This document shows, in pieces, positions 10,410 through 20,091 of a DNA stretch of 64,000 bases (within the stretch, counting starts at the first letter, position 1; each line of letters opens with the position of its first letter). Under the pieces are notes generated by a model. It saw only the letters and a list, made by a program, of their open reading frames with translations, was not told the DNA's origin and did no database searches. Source of the DNA: Alphaproteobacteria bacterium (GTDB lineage Bacteria > Pseudomonadota > Alphaproteobacteria > UBA828); contig CAXXMU010000006.1 in assembly GCA_963667785.2 (NCBI GenBank), positions 1,056,001-1,120,000 on the forward strand, written 5' to 3'. Both the position numbers and the translations under genes were made by a program.

Positions 10410-11660
10410 TCAGCGCACGGACGAGACGCCCTCGATGGCGCGATGGAGATAGAGGAGGCCGATCACGCCTGCGCTCACGGCGCCGAGGAGCCAAAGACCC
10501 GCGTCGAATCCGCCGGTGAGGTCCGACGCGGCGCCGATCGCGAGCGGGCCCAGCACGCCGCCCACCTCGGCCGCCGAGAAGAAGAGGCCGACCGCCGCCC
10601 CGGTGTGGCGGGTGCCGACGCCGCGCGTCTCCATGAGAACGAGGATCAACACCGCGATCAGCGAGCCCCGCGCGATGCCCTGAAGGATCATGGCGACGAC
10701 GAGCGCCGGCACGCCCGCGATCAGCAGCACCAGCGCGCCGGCGCCGGTCGAGAGCGAGAGGACCAGCAGGATGGCGAAGCGCCGGGGCGGCGTCGCCAGC
10801 CTCGGGAAGATCAGCGCGCCGACGATCCCGATGGCCGTGGGAACCGCCGACCAGAGGCCGGCCTCGTCCGCCGCCATGCCGCCGGAGCGCAGCATCTCCG
10901 GCAGCCAGTTGCCGAGCGCGTGATGGACGAAGAAGGCGCCGATGCTCATCGCCAGGATGACCCGGATCGCCGGCAGACGCAGAAGCCTGCGAAAGACCGC
11001 GATCTGGCCCGCGATCGTCTCGCGATGACGTGCGGCGCGCTCGACCACGCGGTTGACCGGATGGCGGCCCAGCAGGAACCAGGCGACGGCCGCGGCGAGG
11101 ATGAAGCCGGTGTGAATCAGCATGACCTGGCGCCAGTCGCCGCCGGTGAGCGGCATCAGGACGCTGTTGGTCAGCACCAGCGCGAGCATGTTGCCGAGCG
11201 CAGGGCCGGTGATGTAGACGCCCATGGCGAAGCCGCGCTCCGCGCCCTGGAACCATTGCGCGATCGCCTTCGGCGCGCCGATGGAGATGAGCGGCCCGCC
11301 GATGCCGAACAGCCCTACCGCCACGAACATCGTGGCACCGTCGAAGGCGACGGCGCGCAGTCCGCCCGATGCGGCGATGATGAGGGCGGCGAGGAACAGC
11401 GACCACGTGAGCCCGACGCGGTCGACGAAGGCCCCGCAGGGAACGGCGGCCACGATATAGACCAGCGGCCACGCGCCCAGGATGGCACCCATGGTCGTGT
11501 AGCTGAGGCCGAGGTCGCGGCTGACGGGCTCGATCAACGGCGCCATCGCCGCGGACAGCAGGCCGAAGCCGAAGTAGATCAGCCAGACTCCGCCCAGCAT
11601 GGCCCAGCGGTAGCCGTGGTCGTGGGGCGCGGGCGGCGGCGCAGGCGCGGGGTGGGGCAC
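10410..11660 (-). CDS. MFS transporter (CynX/NimT-like)
   Basis: About 12 hydrophobic segments, GAFVDRVG motif A, WFQGAERGFAMG. Confidence 0.88.
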   Translation of the reverse strand: MPHPAPAPPPAPHDHGYRWAMLGGVWLIYFGFGLLSAAMAPLIEPVSRDLGLSYTTMGAILGAWPLVYIVAAVPCGAFVDRVGLTWSLFLAALIIAASGGLRAVAFDGATMFVAVGLFGIGGPLISIGAPKAIAQWFQGAERGFAMGVYITGPALGNMLALVLTNSVLMPLTGGDWRQVMLIHTGFILAAAVAWFLLGRHPVNRVVERAARHRETIAGQIAVFRRLLRLPAIRVILAMSIGAFFVHHALGNWLPEMLRSGGMAADEAGLWSAVPTAIGIVGALIFPRLATPPRRFAILLVLSLSTGAGALVLLIAGVPALVVAMILQGIARGSLIAVLILVLMETRGVGTRHTGAAVGLFFSAAEVGGVLGPLAIGAASDLTGGFDAGLWLLGAVSAGVIGLLYLHRAIEGVSSVR

Positions 11661-11666
11661 GCGCTC

Positions 11667-12080
11667 TCAGGGCCGGCGCGGGCGGAAGCGGGGCAGCGTG
11701 AGCGACTCCGTCACGCGGTCGAACACGACCTCGACCGGGAGTCCGACGCGGAGCGTCTCCGCCGGGCACTCGACGATGCTCGCGGTGAGCCTGACCCCTT
11801 CCGCCAGCTCGATCTGCGCCACGGCGTAGGGGATCTCGGCCCTGAACGCGGGGAACCAGTCCTGGTGGACCACCGTCCAGGTGGAGACGGTGCCGTGGCC
11901 CTGCGCCTCCTCCCAGCCGATGCGTCCGGAGAAGCAGTCGGGGCAGACCGGGCCGGGCGGCCAGTGCCAGGCCTGGCAGTCGCCGCAACGGGGGAGCCGG
12001 AGCGCTCCCTCGTGCGCGCTCTCCCAGAAGCGCGCATTGTCCGGGTTGATCCGTGGCGCGGGCTTCTCGTAATCGCTCAT
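11667..12080 (-). CDS. DUF35 Zn-ribbon/OB-fold protein (ChsH2-like)
   Basis: MSDYEKPAP..FWE..RCGDC..PVCPDC..GTVSTWTVV..PYAVAQIELAEG. Confidence 0.9.
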   Translation of the reverse strand: MSDYEKPAPRINPDNARFWESAHEGALRLPRCGDCQAWHWPPGPVCPDCFSGRIGWEEAQGHGTVSTWTVVHQDWFPAFRAEIPYAVAQIELAEGVRLTASIVECPAETLRVGLPVEVVFDRVTESLTLPRFRPRRP

Positions 12081-12100
12081 CCGCCGCTCCCCGGTCCTGC

Positions 12101-13279
12101 TCAGTTCCGCAGGATCACGGAATCGCCCCAGACGGTCGCCCACTGCAGGGCTCGGGCGCCTGCGATCTGGCGCGGCCCGGCCTCGCCGCGCAACTGGCGC
12201 ACCATCTCGCAGAGCGAGTTCCAGCCGGCGACGTGGGCCTCGGAGAGCAGGCCGCCGGAGCTGTTGACCGGCAGCGCGCCGCCGGGGCCGATGCGGCCCC
12301 CCTGCACGAAGGCCGCCGCCTCCCCCGGCGCGCAGAAGCCGAAGCGCTCCAGCACGAACAGGACGAGCGGCGAGAAGGCGTCGTAGGTGTAGAGGCCCTG
12401 GATCGTCTCGCGCGGGATGCCGGCCGAGCGGTAGACGGCGAGGTCGCGCTCGGCCGGCTGCTCCGGTCGCACGCCCGCCTGCTGGTTGATGCCGAGACCC
12501 GGCGGCGCGAAGATGAACTCGTCGCGGCCTGCGCGCATGCCCTGCATGCCGGCGACGAGGACGGGCCGCTGCCTCAGGTCTCGGGCGCGCTCGGCGGTCG
12601 TCACCAGCACCACGGCCGCCCCGTCGCTGACGATGCAGCAGTCGAAGAGCCGGAGCGGGTCCACCACCATGCGCGAGGCCTGATGGTCGGCGACGCTCAT
12701 GGGCTTTCGCATCACCGCGCCGGGGCTCAGCCGCGCATGCGCCCGGAGCGCCACCGGCACTGCGGCAAGCTCCGCGCTGGTCGCACCGTAAAGCGCCATG
12801 TAGCACTGCATGGCAAGCGCGGCGCCGCCGGCGGGCGCGGTCAGCCCGTAGTGCGGGGTCTCCGCATGGGTGCCGCCGGTCTCGCGATAGCCCTCGAAGT
12901 CGTGCGGGCCGCCGAGGATGTCGCGCTCGCGGGTGAAGCTCAGCACGTTCACGCAGGCGACGACCGTGGCCATGCCGCAGGCCACCGCCATCGCCGCCGT
13001 CTGCAGGCTGCCGGTGACGAAACGGCCGTGGGTCCAGGCCTGGTTGACGAAGCCGATCTCGAGGCCGAAGGCCTGGGCGACCTGGTCGTAGTCGACGCCG
13101 AGGGGCCAGCCGATGTGGATGGAGAGCCCGTCGACGTCGCCCCGCTCGAGCCCTGCGTCGGCGAGCGCCGCCTTGAAGGCGGCGGCCGCGAGCGCGAGCT
13201 GGCTCTCGGGCAGGTGGCGGCCAAAGCGGCTGGTGCCGATGCCGACGATCGCCGCCCTGTCGCGCAGCGCCTCCGTCAT
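12101..13279 (-). CDS. Thiolase-fold protein (SCP-x/Ltp2-like)
   Basis: AIVGIG, PLRLFDCCIVSDGA, YDAFS, PVNSSGGLLSEAH, QLRGEAGPRQI; ATG at 13279 overlaps upstream stop. Confidence 0.9.
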   Translation of the reverse strand: MTEALRDRAAIVGIGTSRFGRHLPESQLALAAAAFKAALADAGLERGDVDGLSIHIGWPLGVDYDQVAQAFGLEIGFVNQAWTHGRFVTGSLQTAAMAVACGMATVVACVNVLSFTRERDILGGPHDFEGYRETGGTHAETPHYGLTAPAGGAALAMQCYMALYGATSAELAAVPVALRAHARLSPGAVMRKPMSVADHQASRMVVDPLRLFDCCIVSDGAAVVLVTTAERARDLRQRPVLVAGMQGMRAGRDEFIFAPPGLGINQQAGVRPEQPAERDLAVYRSAGIPRETIQGLYTYDAFSPLVLFVLERFGFCAPGEAAAFVQGGRIGPGGALPVNSSGGLLSEAHVAGWNSLCEMVRQLRGEAGPRQIAGARALQWATVWGDSVILRN

Positions 13280-14868
13280 CTCGCCTCGTCCGCGGCGAAG
13301 AACTCGGCGAGGCGGGCCTTCTGCAGCTTGCCGGTGGTGGTGAGCGGCAGATCGCCCGCGCCAACGAAGCGGTACTCCCGCGGCACCTTGTAGGCGGCGA
13401 GGCGCTCGGCGCAGTGGGCGATGAGCGCGTCGGCCGATAGCGCGGCGCCTTCGCGCAGCACGATGACCGCGGCGACACGCTGGTCGCGTTCCGGGTCCGA
13501 GAGCCCGATCGCGTAGGCGAGCTCCACCTCGGGCACCTCGCGGAGCACCGCCTCCACCTCGGCCGGCGAGACGTTGATTCCGCCCGACTTGATCAGCTCC
13601 TTGAGCCGTCCGCGAAAGTGCAGGAAGCCGTCCTCGTCGAGCATCCCGAGGTCGCCGGTGCGGAACCAGCCGTCGTGAAAGGCCCGCGCGTCCTCCGCCG
13701 GGTCCTTGTAGTAGCCGACCGTGACATAGCCCCGGACCAGGATCTCGCCGACCGAGCCCGCAGGCAGCGGCGCGAGGCTCTCGGGGTCCGCGATCGCGAT
13801 CTCCATGCCCGGCAGCGGCCGGCCGACGGTCTCGAGGCGCTTCTCCAACGGGTCGTCCGCGTCGGTGACCGTGCAGTTGCCGTAGGTCTCGGTCAGCCCG
13901 TAGATGTTGCAGATCTCGGCGACCCCGAGGTCGATCAGGCGCCTGACCTGCTCGGGCGAGCCCAGCGTCGCCCCGGTGCGGAGCGAGGAGATGTCGCGCT
14001 CGGGCCGCTCGGGATGGCGCTCCAGCGCGTGCACCATGTTGGGCGTGCCGTAGAAGACGGTGCAGCGCTCGGCCTCGATCAGGCGCAGCGCCTCCGCGGC
14101 GTCGAAATGCTCCTGCAGCACGATGCAGCCCGCGTGGGTGAGGACCGCGAAGAGCGCGTTCTCGCAGCCCAGCCCCCAGAAGAGCGAGACCGCGAGCCAG
14201 AGCCTGTCGCCCGGGCGTAGATGCTGGCGCTCGCCGATATTCCACATGTTCTCGATCAGCACGTAGTGCTGGAGCTGCACCCCCTTGGGCAGCGCCGTGG
14301 AGCCCGAGGTGTAGAGCAGGTAGGCGACATCCTCGGGCCGGACGGCGGCCCGGGCGCGGTCCGCCGCCGCGTCGTCGACGGCCTCCCCCCGGTCCCGCAG
14401 CTCCGCGAAGGGCAATGCCGGATGGTCGCCGTGCATCTCGCCGACGCACAGGACTTCCCGAACGCCGGCGAGCGCATCGCCCTCGCGGGCGAGCGCGGCG
14501 AGGGTGTCCAGATAGTCGTGCCTGAGGAAGCGTTCGACGGTGATGAGAAACCTGGTGTCCGAATGGACGAGCAGGTGGGCCAGCTCGCGCCGGGTCGCCC
14601 AGGTGTTGATCGCCACCATGATGCCGCCCAGCAGCGTTATCGCGAACGCGGCGAGGATCCACTCGGGCCGGTTGCCCATGAGCAGCGCCACCTTGTCGCC
14701 GCGCCTGACGCCGAGCGCGTGCAGCCCCTTGGCGAGCACGCGCACCTCGTCCCGCAGCGCGCGATAGGTGAGTCGGGTGCCGCCGCCGACCAGCGCCTCG
14801 TGCTCGGGGTAGCGCGCCGCCAGCTCGTCGAGCAGGGCCGGGATCGTCTTCGCGTCTGGCGGGCGCAT
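13276..14868 (-). CDS. Acyl-CoA synthetase (class I adenylate-forming enzyme)
   Basis: YTSGSTALPKG, YGLTE, GWFRTGDLG, GRLKELIKSGG, TGKLQK. Confidence 0.93.
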   Translation of the reverse strand: MRPPDAKTIPALLDELAARYPEHEALVGGGTRLTYRALRDEVRVLAKGLHALGVRRGDKVALLMGNRPEWILAAFAITLLGGIMVAINTWATRRELAHLLVHSDTRFLITVERFLRHDYLDTLAALAREGDALAGVREVLCVGEMHGDHPALPFAELRDRGEAVDDAAADRARAAVRPEDVAYLLYTSGSTALPKGVQLQHYVLIENMWNIGERQHLRPGDRLWLAVSLFWGLGCENALFAVLTHAGCIVLQEHFDAAEALRLIEAERCTVFYGTPNMVHALERHPERPERDISSLRTGATLGSPEQVRRLIDLGVAEICNIYGLTETYGNCTVTDADDPLEKRLETVGRPLPGMEIAIADPESLAPLPAGSVGEILVRGYVTVGYYKDPAEDARAFHDGWFRTGDLGMLDEDGFLHFRGRLKELIKSGGINVSPAEVEAVLREVPEVELAYAIGLSDPERDQRVAAVIVLREGAALSADALIAHCAERLAAYKVPREYRFVGAGDLPLTTTGKLQKARLAEFFAADEAR

Positions 14869-15101
14869 GGCGCGGGTCTCTCCGCGTGTTGGATCGGCAC
14901 GGGCTTCCCGGACCATAGACCGGGGGCCGGGGCGGGTGAACCTGCCGCGCATCCTGCCGCACGCGCGCCCTAGGTCTCGGATCGCATACGACATAAGCTA
15001 TGCGGCCGAACGATCCCGCGCGGGCATCCCGCGAGCGGGGTGGGGATGCTTGCGCGGTGGATTGGCGGCGCGACGACACAGGAAGTGGAGGACCGGTGAC
15101 G

Positions 15102-17156
15102 ATGAATGACGTGTCGAGGGTGGCCGTTCGGGTCGCGTGCGATGTCGGCGGAACGTTTACCGACGTGTGCGTTCTGGACCAGGAGACCGGCCAGATGCGC
15201 GTCGCCAAGACGCCGACGACGCCCGACCCGATCGACGGCGTGCTCAACGGCATCGAGGCCGGCGGGGTGGACCTCCGCGACATGGTGCTCTTCGCCCACG
15301 GCACCACGCTCGCCACCAACGCGCTGATCACGCGCAACTTCCCGCCGGCCATCATGGTGACCACGAAGGGCTTCCGCGACGTGATCGAGATCCGGCGCGG
15401 CACCCGCGACGATCTGTGGGACACCTACAAGGAGATGGCGCCGCCTTACATCAAGCGCCGCGACCGGCTGGTCGTCACCGAGCGCATCGACTACAGCGGC
15501 GCCATCATCGAGCCGGTGAACGAGGCCGAGGCCCGCGAGGCCGCCCGCATCATCAACAAGCGGGGCGTGAAGACCATCGCCGTCTGCTTCGCCAACGCCT
15601 TCGCCAACCCCGAGAACGAGCGGCGGATGCGCGACATCCTCGAGGAAGAGGTGCCGGGCGCCTCGATCTCGCTCTCGAGCGAGATCATGCCCGAGATCTT
15701 CGAGCACGAGCGCTTCTCGACGACGGTGGCGAACGCGGTGCTGGCGCCGGTCGCCGGAGAGTATGTGGGTCGGCTCGCCACGCGGCTCCGCGAAGGCGGC
15801 TACGAGGAGGACATCCTGCTGCTGCATTCCGGCGGCGGGGTGATGACCGAGAGCACGGCGTCCAAGTTCGCGGCCAGGCTCGCCGCCTCGGGCATCGCGG
15901 CGGGCGCCATCGCGAGCCGCTTCGTCGCCCAGCTCGCGGGCTACGAGAACTCGATCAGCCTCGACATGGGCGGTACCAGCACCGACGTCTCGCTCTGCGA
16001 CCGGGGCAACCTCAGGGTGACCACCGACTGGTACGTGCAGTACGGCTATCCCATCTGCTTCCCCAGCATCGAGGTGCTGACCATCGGCGCCGGCGGCGGC
16101 TCGCTCGCCTGGATCGACGAGGCGAACTCGCTCCGCAACGGGCCGCAGTCGGCCGGGTCCTCTCCGGGGCCGGCCTGCTACGGGCGGGGCGGCGTGGAGC
16201 CCACCAACTCCGACGCCAACATCGTCCTCGGGCGCATCAGCGACCGGCTCGCGGGCGGCGCCGTCACGCTCGATCGCGCGCTCGCCGAGGAGGCCATCAA
16301 GCGCCGCGTCGCCGACCCGCTCGGGCTCTCGGTGCAGGAGGCCGCGGTCTCGATCCTCCAGGTGGCGAACGCCAACATGGCCGACGCCGTGCGCCTGGTC
16401 TCGATCCGGCGCGGCTACGACCCGCGCGACTTTGCGTTGACCGTGTTCGGCGGGGCCGGCCCGCTGCACGGTGTGGCGCTGGCCCGTGACCTCTCGATCC
16501 CGACCGTGCTGGTGCCGCCGAACCCGGGCGTCACGTCTGCGCTCGGCTGCCTGCTGGTCGACATCAAGCACGACATGTCGCAGATGTACCTGCGCTCTAC
16601 CGAAGACGCGAAGATCGAGGAGATCGAGCAGACCTTCAGCGCGCTCGAGGACGAGGGCCGCCAGCGGCTCCTGCACGAGGGCGTGACCGAGGATCGCATG
16701 CAGTTCGAGCGCTTCGTCGACATGCGCTATCTCGGCCAGTGGCGCTCCATGTCGATCAAGGTGGACGCGAGCGCGGGCTCGCTCGATGCGGCGATCGCCC
16801 AGTTCCACGAGGAGCACGGCCGCGAGCACAACTATTCGAGGCCCGACGCGCCGGTCGAGATCTACCGCCTCACCGTCACCGCCACCGGCCTCTCGCAGAA
16901 GGCGGAGTTCGCCAAGGAGGAGATGGACCGCTCGGCGCCGAGCCCGGCAAGCCGGCGGCCGGTCGTCTTCGACGAAGAGCCGACGCCGATCGACACCCCG
17001 ATCTACGACCGCGATACGCTGCACGCAGGTGCGGTGATCGAAGGGCCGGCGATCATCGAGCAGCTGGATTCCACGGTGCTGGTGCCGCCCGGCCTCAAGG
17101 CCGAGGTCGACCCCTGGCACACCATCGTCATGCACATTCCGCAGGCCGAAGGCTGA
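15102..17156 (+). CDS. hyuA: Hydantoinase/oxoprolinase subunit A (ATP-dependent lactamase family)
   Basis: DVGGTFTD, HGTTLATNALI, DMGGTSTD, IGAGGGS, GPQSAG, FGGAGPLH; GGAGG upstream. Confidence 0.93.
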   Translation: MNDVSRVAVRVACDVGGTFTDVCVLDQETGQMRVAKTPTTPDPIDGVLNGIEAGGVDLRDMVLFAHGTTLATNALITRNFPPAIMVTTKGFRDVIEIRRGTRDDLWDTYKEMAPPYIKRRDRLVVTERIDYSGAIIEPVNEAEAREAARIINKRGVKTIAVCFANAFANPENERRMRDILEEEVPGASISLSSEIMPEIFEHERFSTTVANAVLAPVAGEYVGRLATRLREGGYEEDILLLHSGGGVMTESTASKFAARLAASGIAAGAIASRFVAQLAGYENSISLDMGGTSTDVSLCDRGNLRVTTDWYVQYGYPICFPSIEVLTIGAGGGSLAWIDEANSLRNGPQSAGSSPGPACYGRGGVEPTNSDANIVLGRISDRLAGGAVTLDRALAEEAIKRRVADPLGLSVQEAAVSILQVANANMADAVRLVSIRRGYDPRDFALTVFGGAGPLHGVALARDLSIPTVLVPPNPGVTSALGCLLVDIKHDMSQMYLRSTEDAKIEEIEQTFSALEDEGRQRLLHEGVTEDRMQFERFVDMRYLGQWRSMSIKVDASAGSLDAAIAQFHEEHGREHNYSRPDAPVEIYRLTVTATGLSQKAEFAKEEMDRSAPSPASRRPVVFDEEPTPIDTPIYDRDTLHAGAVIEGPAIIEQLDSTVLVPPGLKAEVDPWHTIVMHIPQAEG

Positions 17157-17178
17157 CGCAGAGAGCGAGGAAGAAGAG

Positions 17179-19194
17179 ATGAGCAAGAACGGTGAAGGCT
17201 ACACGCTCGACCCCGTGACCTTCGAGGTGCTCAAGAACGCCTACGTCAACATCGTCGACCAGATGGCCGAGCAGATCTTCCGCACCTGCTACTCCTTCGT
17301 CATCTGGTCGCGGGATTTCTCGTCCGCCATCTGCGACACCGAGGGCAACACGATCATGCAGGGCTCGGGCGACATCGCCGCCCACGTGGGCACGCTGCAC
17401 TACACGGCCCAGGCCGTCATCAACAAGTTCGGCGACGACATCCACCCCGGCGATACCTTCGTCGTCAACGACGTCTACCAGGGCGGCACCCACTTCAACG
17501 ACACGCGCATCGTCCGCCCCATCTTCTACAAGGGCATTCATCTGGGCTTCTCGCAGGCCAACGGCCACTGGGCCGATGTGGGCGGCGCGGTGCCGGGCTC
17601 GTTCAATGTCAGCGCGCTCGACCACATGGCCGAGGGGCTGCGCATCACGCCGGTCCGCGTCTACAGCAAGGGCGAATACCTCTCCGACGTGGCCGAGCTG
17701 ATCGCCAACAACACCCGCGCGCCGGCCGACATCATCGGCGACCTGCAGGCCCAGGCCGAGGCCTGCAACGTGGCCGAGCGGGAGATCGGCCGGCTCTGCG
17801 ACAAGTACGGCGTCGACGTGATCCAGACCTCCTTCGCCGAGGTACAGGACTATGTGGAGACGCTCACCCGTCAGCGCATCGCCAGGCTGCCTGACGGCGT
17901 CTGGGAGACGGAGGACTATATCGACGTGGACCCGGTCGCCGGCGAGGGGCTGATCCCGATCCGCATCAAGATGACCATCGACGGCGACGGCGTGCACTAC
18001 GACCTCTCCGGCTCGCACCCGAAGACGATCTCGACCTTCCTCAACTGCTGCTACGGCGGCGCGTTCGCGGCGATCGTCGCCGGCACCAAGATGCAGTCGC
18101 CCGACATCCCGCTGAACTCCGGCTTCTACCGCGTCGTCACCGTCGATCTCGGGCCGAAGGGGACCGTGGTCAACGCCGACTGGCCGACGCCTGTCGCGGG
18201 CTTCTGCTCGGGCCCGTTCGAGAAGATCATGAACTCGGTATTCGAACTCTGGGCCGAGATCCTGCCCGAGCGCGCCATGGCGTGCACCTTCAACCTCGAA
18301 TACCTGCTGATCGGCGGCCGCGACGGCCGCAAGGAGGATCGCCCCTACTTCATGTGGTACGACTGGATGGTCGGCGGCTGGGGCGCCCGCAACGGCCGCG
18401 ACGGCTGGGGCGCGACGGGGCCGGTCTTCGGCGTCCAGCTCGGCACCCAGCCCTTCGAGGGGCAGGAGCGGCTGGCCCCGGTGCTGACCACGGGCCACGA
18501 GCTCATCGTCGATTCCGGCGGTCCCGGCAACTCGCGGGGCGGCCTCGGCGTCGAGAAGGGCGCGATCCTGACCAAGGCGGAACGCTCCGTGGTCTCCTAC
18601 TGCTGCGACCGCGAGCGTTCGGTGACCTGGGGGCTGTGGGGCGGCCTGCCCTCGATCCCGCACGGGGTCTGGGTCAATCCGGGCACCCAGGGCGAGCGCT
18701 ATCTGGGCTCGATCTTCTCGGGCGTGCCGGTGGAGGCGGGCGACACCGTGACGCGGCCGTCCGCCGGCGGCGGCGGTCTCGGCGACCCGCTCACCCGCGA
18801 GCCTGCGACGGTGTGCGAGGACGTGGCGGACGGCTACGTCTCCATCGAGCGGGCGCGGAAGGACTACGGCGTCGTGGTCCGCGAGATCGACGCCGACCTC
18901 GCCGAATACGAGGTCGACGAGGCGGCGACCGAGGCCGAGCGCGAGCGCATCCGCACCCAGCGCCACGCCTGGCTCGACGTGGACGCCGAGGACATTGCGG
19001 CCAAGTACCGCAGCAAGGAGCTGGACGCGCTCGACCTGATCCGGCAGTACGGCGTGATCGTCGACTGGGGCACTGGCGAGCTCCTGCCCACCACCACCCG
19101 GCAGTTCCGCGACATGCTGCGCCGCCGCACCGCGGCCCACTGGGAGGTGCCGGGCCAGGCCCGCAACGAGCAGCCGACGCTCCGCGTCGCCTGA
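17179..19194 (+). CDS. hyuB: Hydantoinase B/oxoprolinase family subunit
   Basis: LDPVTFEV, RDFSSAI, NDVYQGGTHFND, HWADVGG, DSGGPG..RGG, GGGGLGDP. Confidence 0.93.
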   Translation: MSKNGEGYTLDPVTFEVLKNAYVNIVDQMAEQIFRTCYSFVIWSRDFSSAICDTEGNTIMQGSGDIAAHVGTLHYTAQAVINKFGDDIHPGDTFVVNDVYQGGTHFNDTRIVRPIFYKGIHLGFSQANGHWADVGGAVPGSFNVSALDHMAEGLRITPVRVYSKGEYLSDVAELIANNTRAPADIIGDLQAQAEACNVAEREIGRLCDKYGVDVIQTSFAEVQDYVETLTRQRIARLPDGVWETEDYIDVDPVAGEGLIPIRIKMTIDGDGVHYDLSGSHPKTISTFLNCCYGGAFAAIVAGTKMQSPDIPLNSGFYRVVTVDLGPKGTVVNADWPTPVAGFCSGPFEKIMNSVFELWAEILPERAMACTFNLEYLLIGGRDGRKEDRPYFMWYDWMVGGWGARNGRDGWGATGPVFGVQLGTQPFEGQERLAPVLTTGHELIVDSGGPGNSRGGLGVEKGAILTKAERSVVSYCCDRERSVTWGLWGGLPSIPHGVWVNPGTQGERYLGSIFSGVPVEAGDTVTRPSAGGGGLGDPLTREPATVCEDVADGYVSIERARKDYGVVVREIDADLAEYEVDEAATEAERERIRTQRHAWLDVDAEDIAAKYRSKELDALDLIRQYGVIVDWGTGELLPTTTRQFRDMLRRRTAAHWEVPGQARNEQPTLRVA

Positions 19195-19211
19195 GTGCCT
19201 CGACTGGGCCC

Positions 19212-19904
19212 GTGCGCACCGTCCTGGTCACGGGTGCCGACCGCGGCATCGGCCACGCGCTCTGCCGCGCCTGTCACGCGCGCGGCGATACGGTCGTCGC
19301 GGCCTGCCTGGATGATTCGGAGGAACTAAGGGCGCTCGACATCCGGGTCGAGCCCGGCATCGACGTGACCTCCGACGACGCGGTGCGGAGCTTGGCCGAG
19401 AGCCTCACGCGCACCGGCACGACGCTCGACGTTCTCATCAACAATGCCGGGATCGCCGGCCCCGACCATGTATTGGGCGCGCTCGACTACGACGACATCC
19501 GCCGGCAGATCGAGGTGAACGCGCTCGGGCCCCTTCGCGTGACCGAGGCCTTGCTGGAGCGGCTCAAGCCGGGATCGACGGTCGCCTTCATCACCAGCCG
19601 CATCGGCTCGCTCGGCGACAACCACTCGGGCGGGCTCTACGGCTACCGCATCTCCAAGTGCGCCGCCAACATGGTCGCGGTCAACCTCGCCCACGATCTG
19701 GCGACGCGCGGCATCGGCGCGGTAGTGCTGCACCCCGGCATGGTGGCGACCGCCATGACCTTCGACGACGAGCGCGCAGAGGCGCGGCCGCCGGAGGAAG
19801 CCGCCGCCGCGCTGATCGAGCGGATCGAGCGGGCCGGCCAGGCGGAGCCGGGCGCGCCGCCCGCCTTCTGGCACGCGCCCGAGCGCACGATCATCCCGTG
19901 GTGA
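19212..19904 (+). CDS. SDR family oxidoreductase (CsgA-like)
   Basis: VTGADRGIG, INNAG, YRISK, LHPGMVAT; GTG start position uncertain. Confidence 0.85.
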   Translation: MRTVLVTGADRGIGHALCRACHARGDTVVAACLDDSEELRALDIRVEPGIDVTSDDAVRSLAESLTRTGTTLDVLINNAGIAGPDHVLGALDYDDIRRQIEVNALGPLRVTEALLERLKPGSTVAFITSRIGSLGDNHSGGLYGYRISKCAANMVAVNLAHDLATRGIGAVVLHPGMVATAMTFDDERAEARPPEEAAAALIERIERAGQAEPGAPPAFWHAPERTIIPW

Positions 19905-19944
19905 CGACCTTGCGCTAAGCGCGCACCGCGATTTCGGAGACGAA

Positions 19945-20052
19945 CCCCCACTTCACCCCGCCCCTCTCCGCCCCCAGGGGCAGAGAGGGAGAGCACGCTG
20001 TTGCAATCGCGTTCCCCCTCCGCCTTCGGGGGAGGGGGACAGGGGGAGGTGG
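19945..20052. repeat. REP-like double hairpin, family C copy 1, between convergent genes
   Basis: CCCCTCTCC..GAGAGGG and TCCCCCTCC..GGAGGGGGA stems; inverted match to 34824-34993. Confidence 0.75.
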
Positions 20053-20091
20053 AGTGTGTCGTATGTGCGCGACGCTGGATGCGCACGCTAC

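Noticed and set aside
12101-15424. 1107 aa ORF and similar long ORFs (948 aa at 39343, 815 aa at 31294, 603 aa at 11667) suggesting fusions
   Set aside because: The N-terminal parts are off-frame Arg/Ala/Pro-rich read-through over neighbouring genes; real starts are internal
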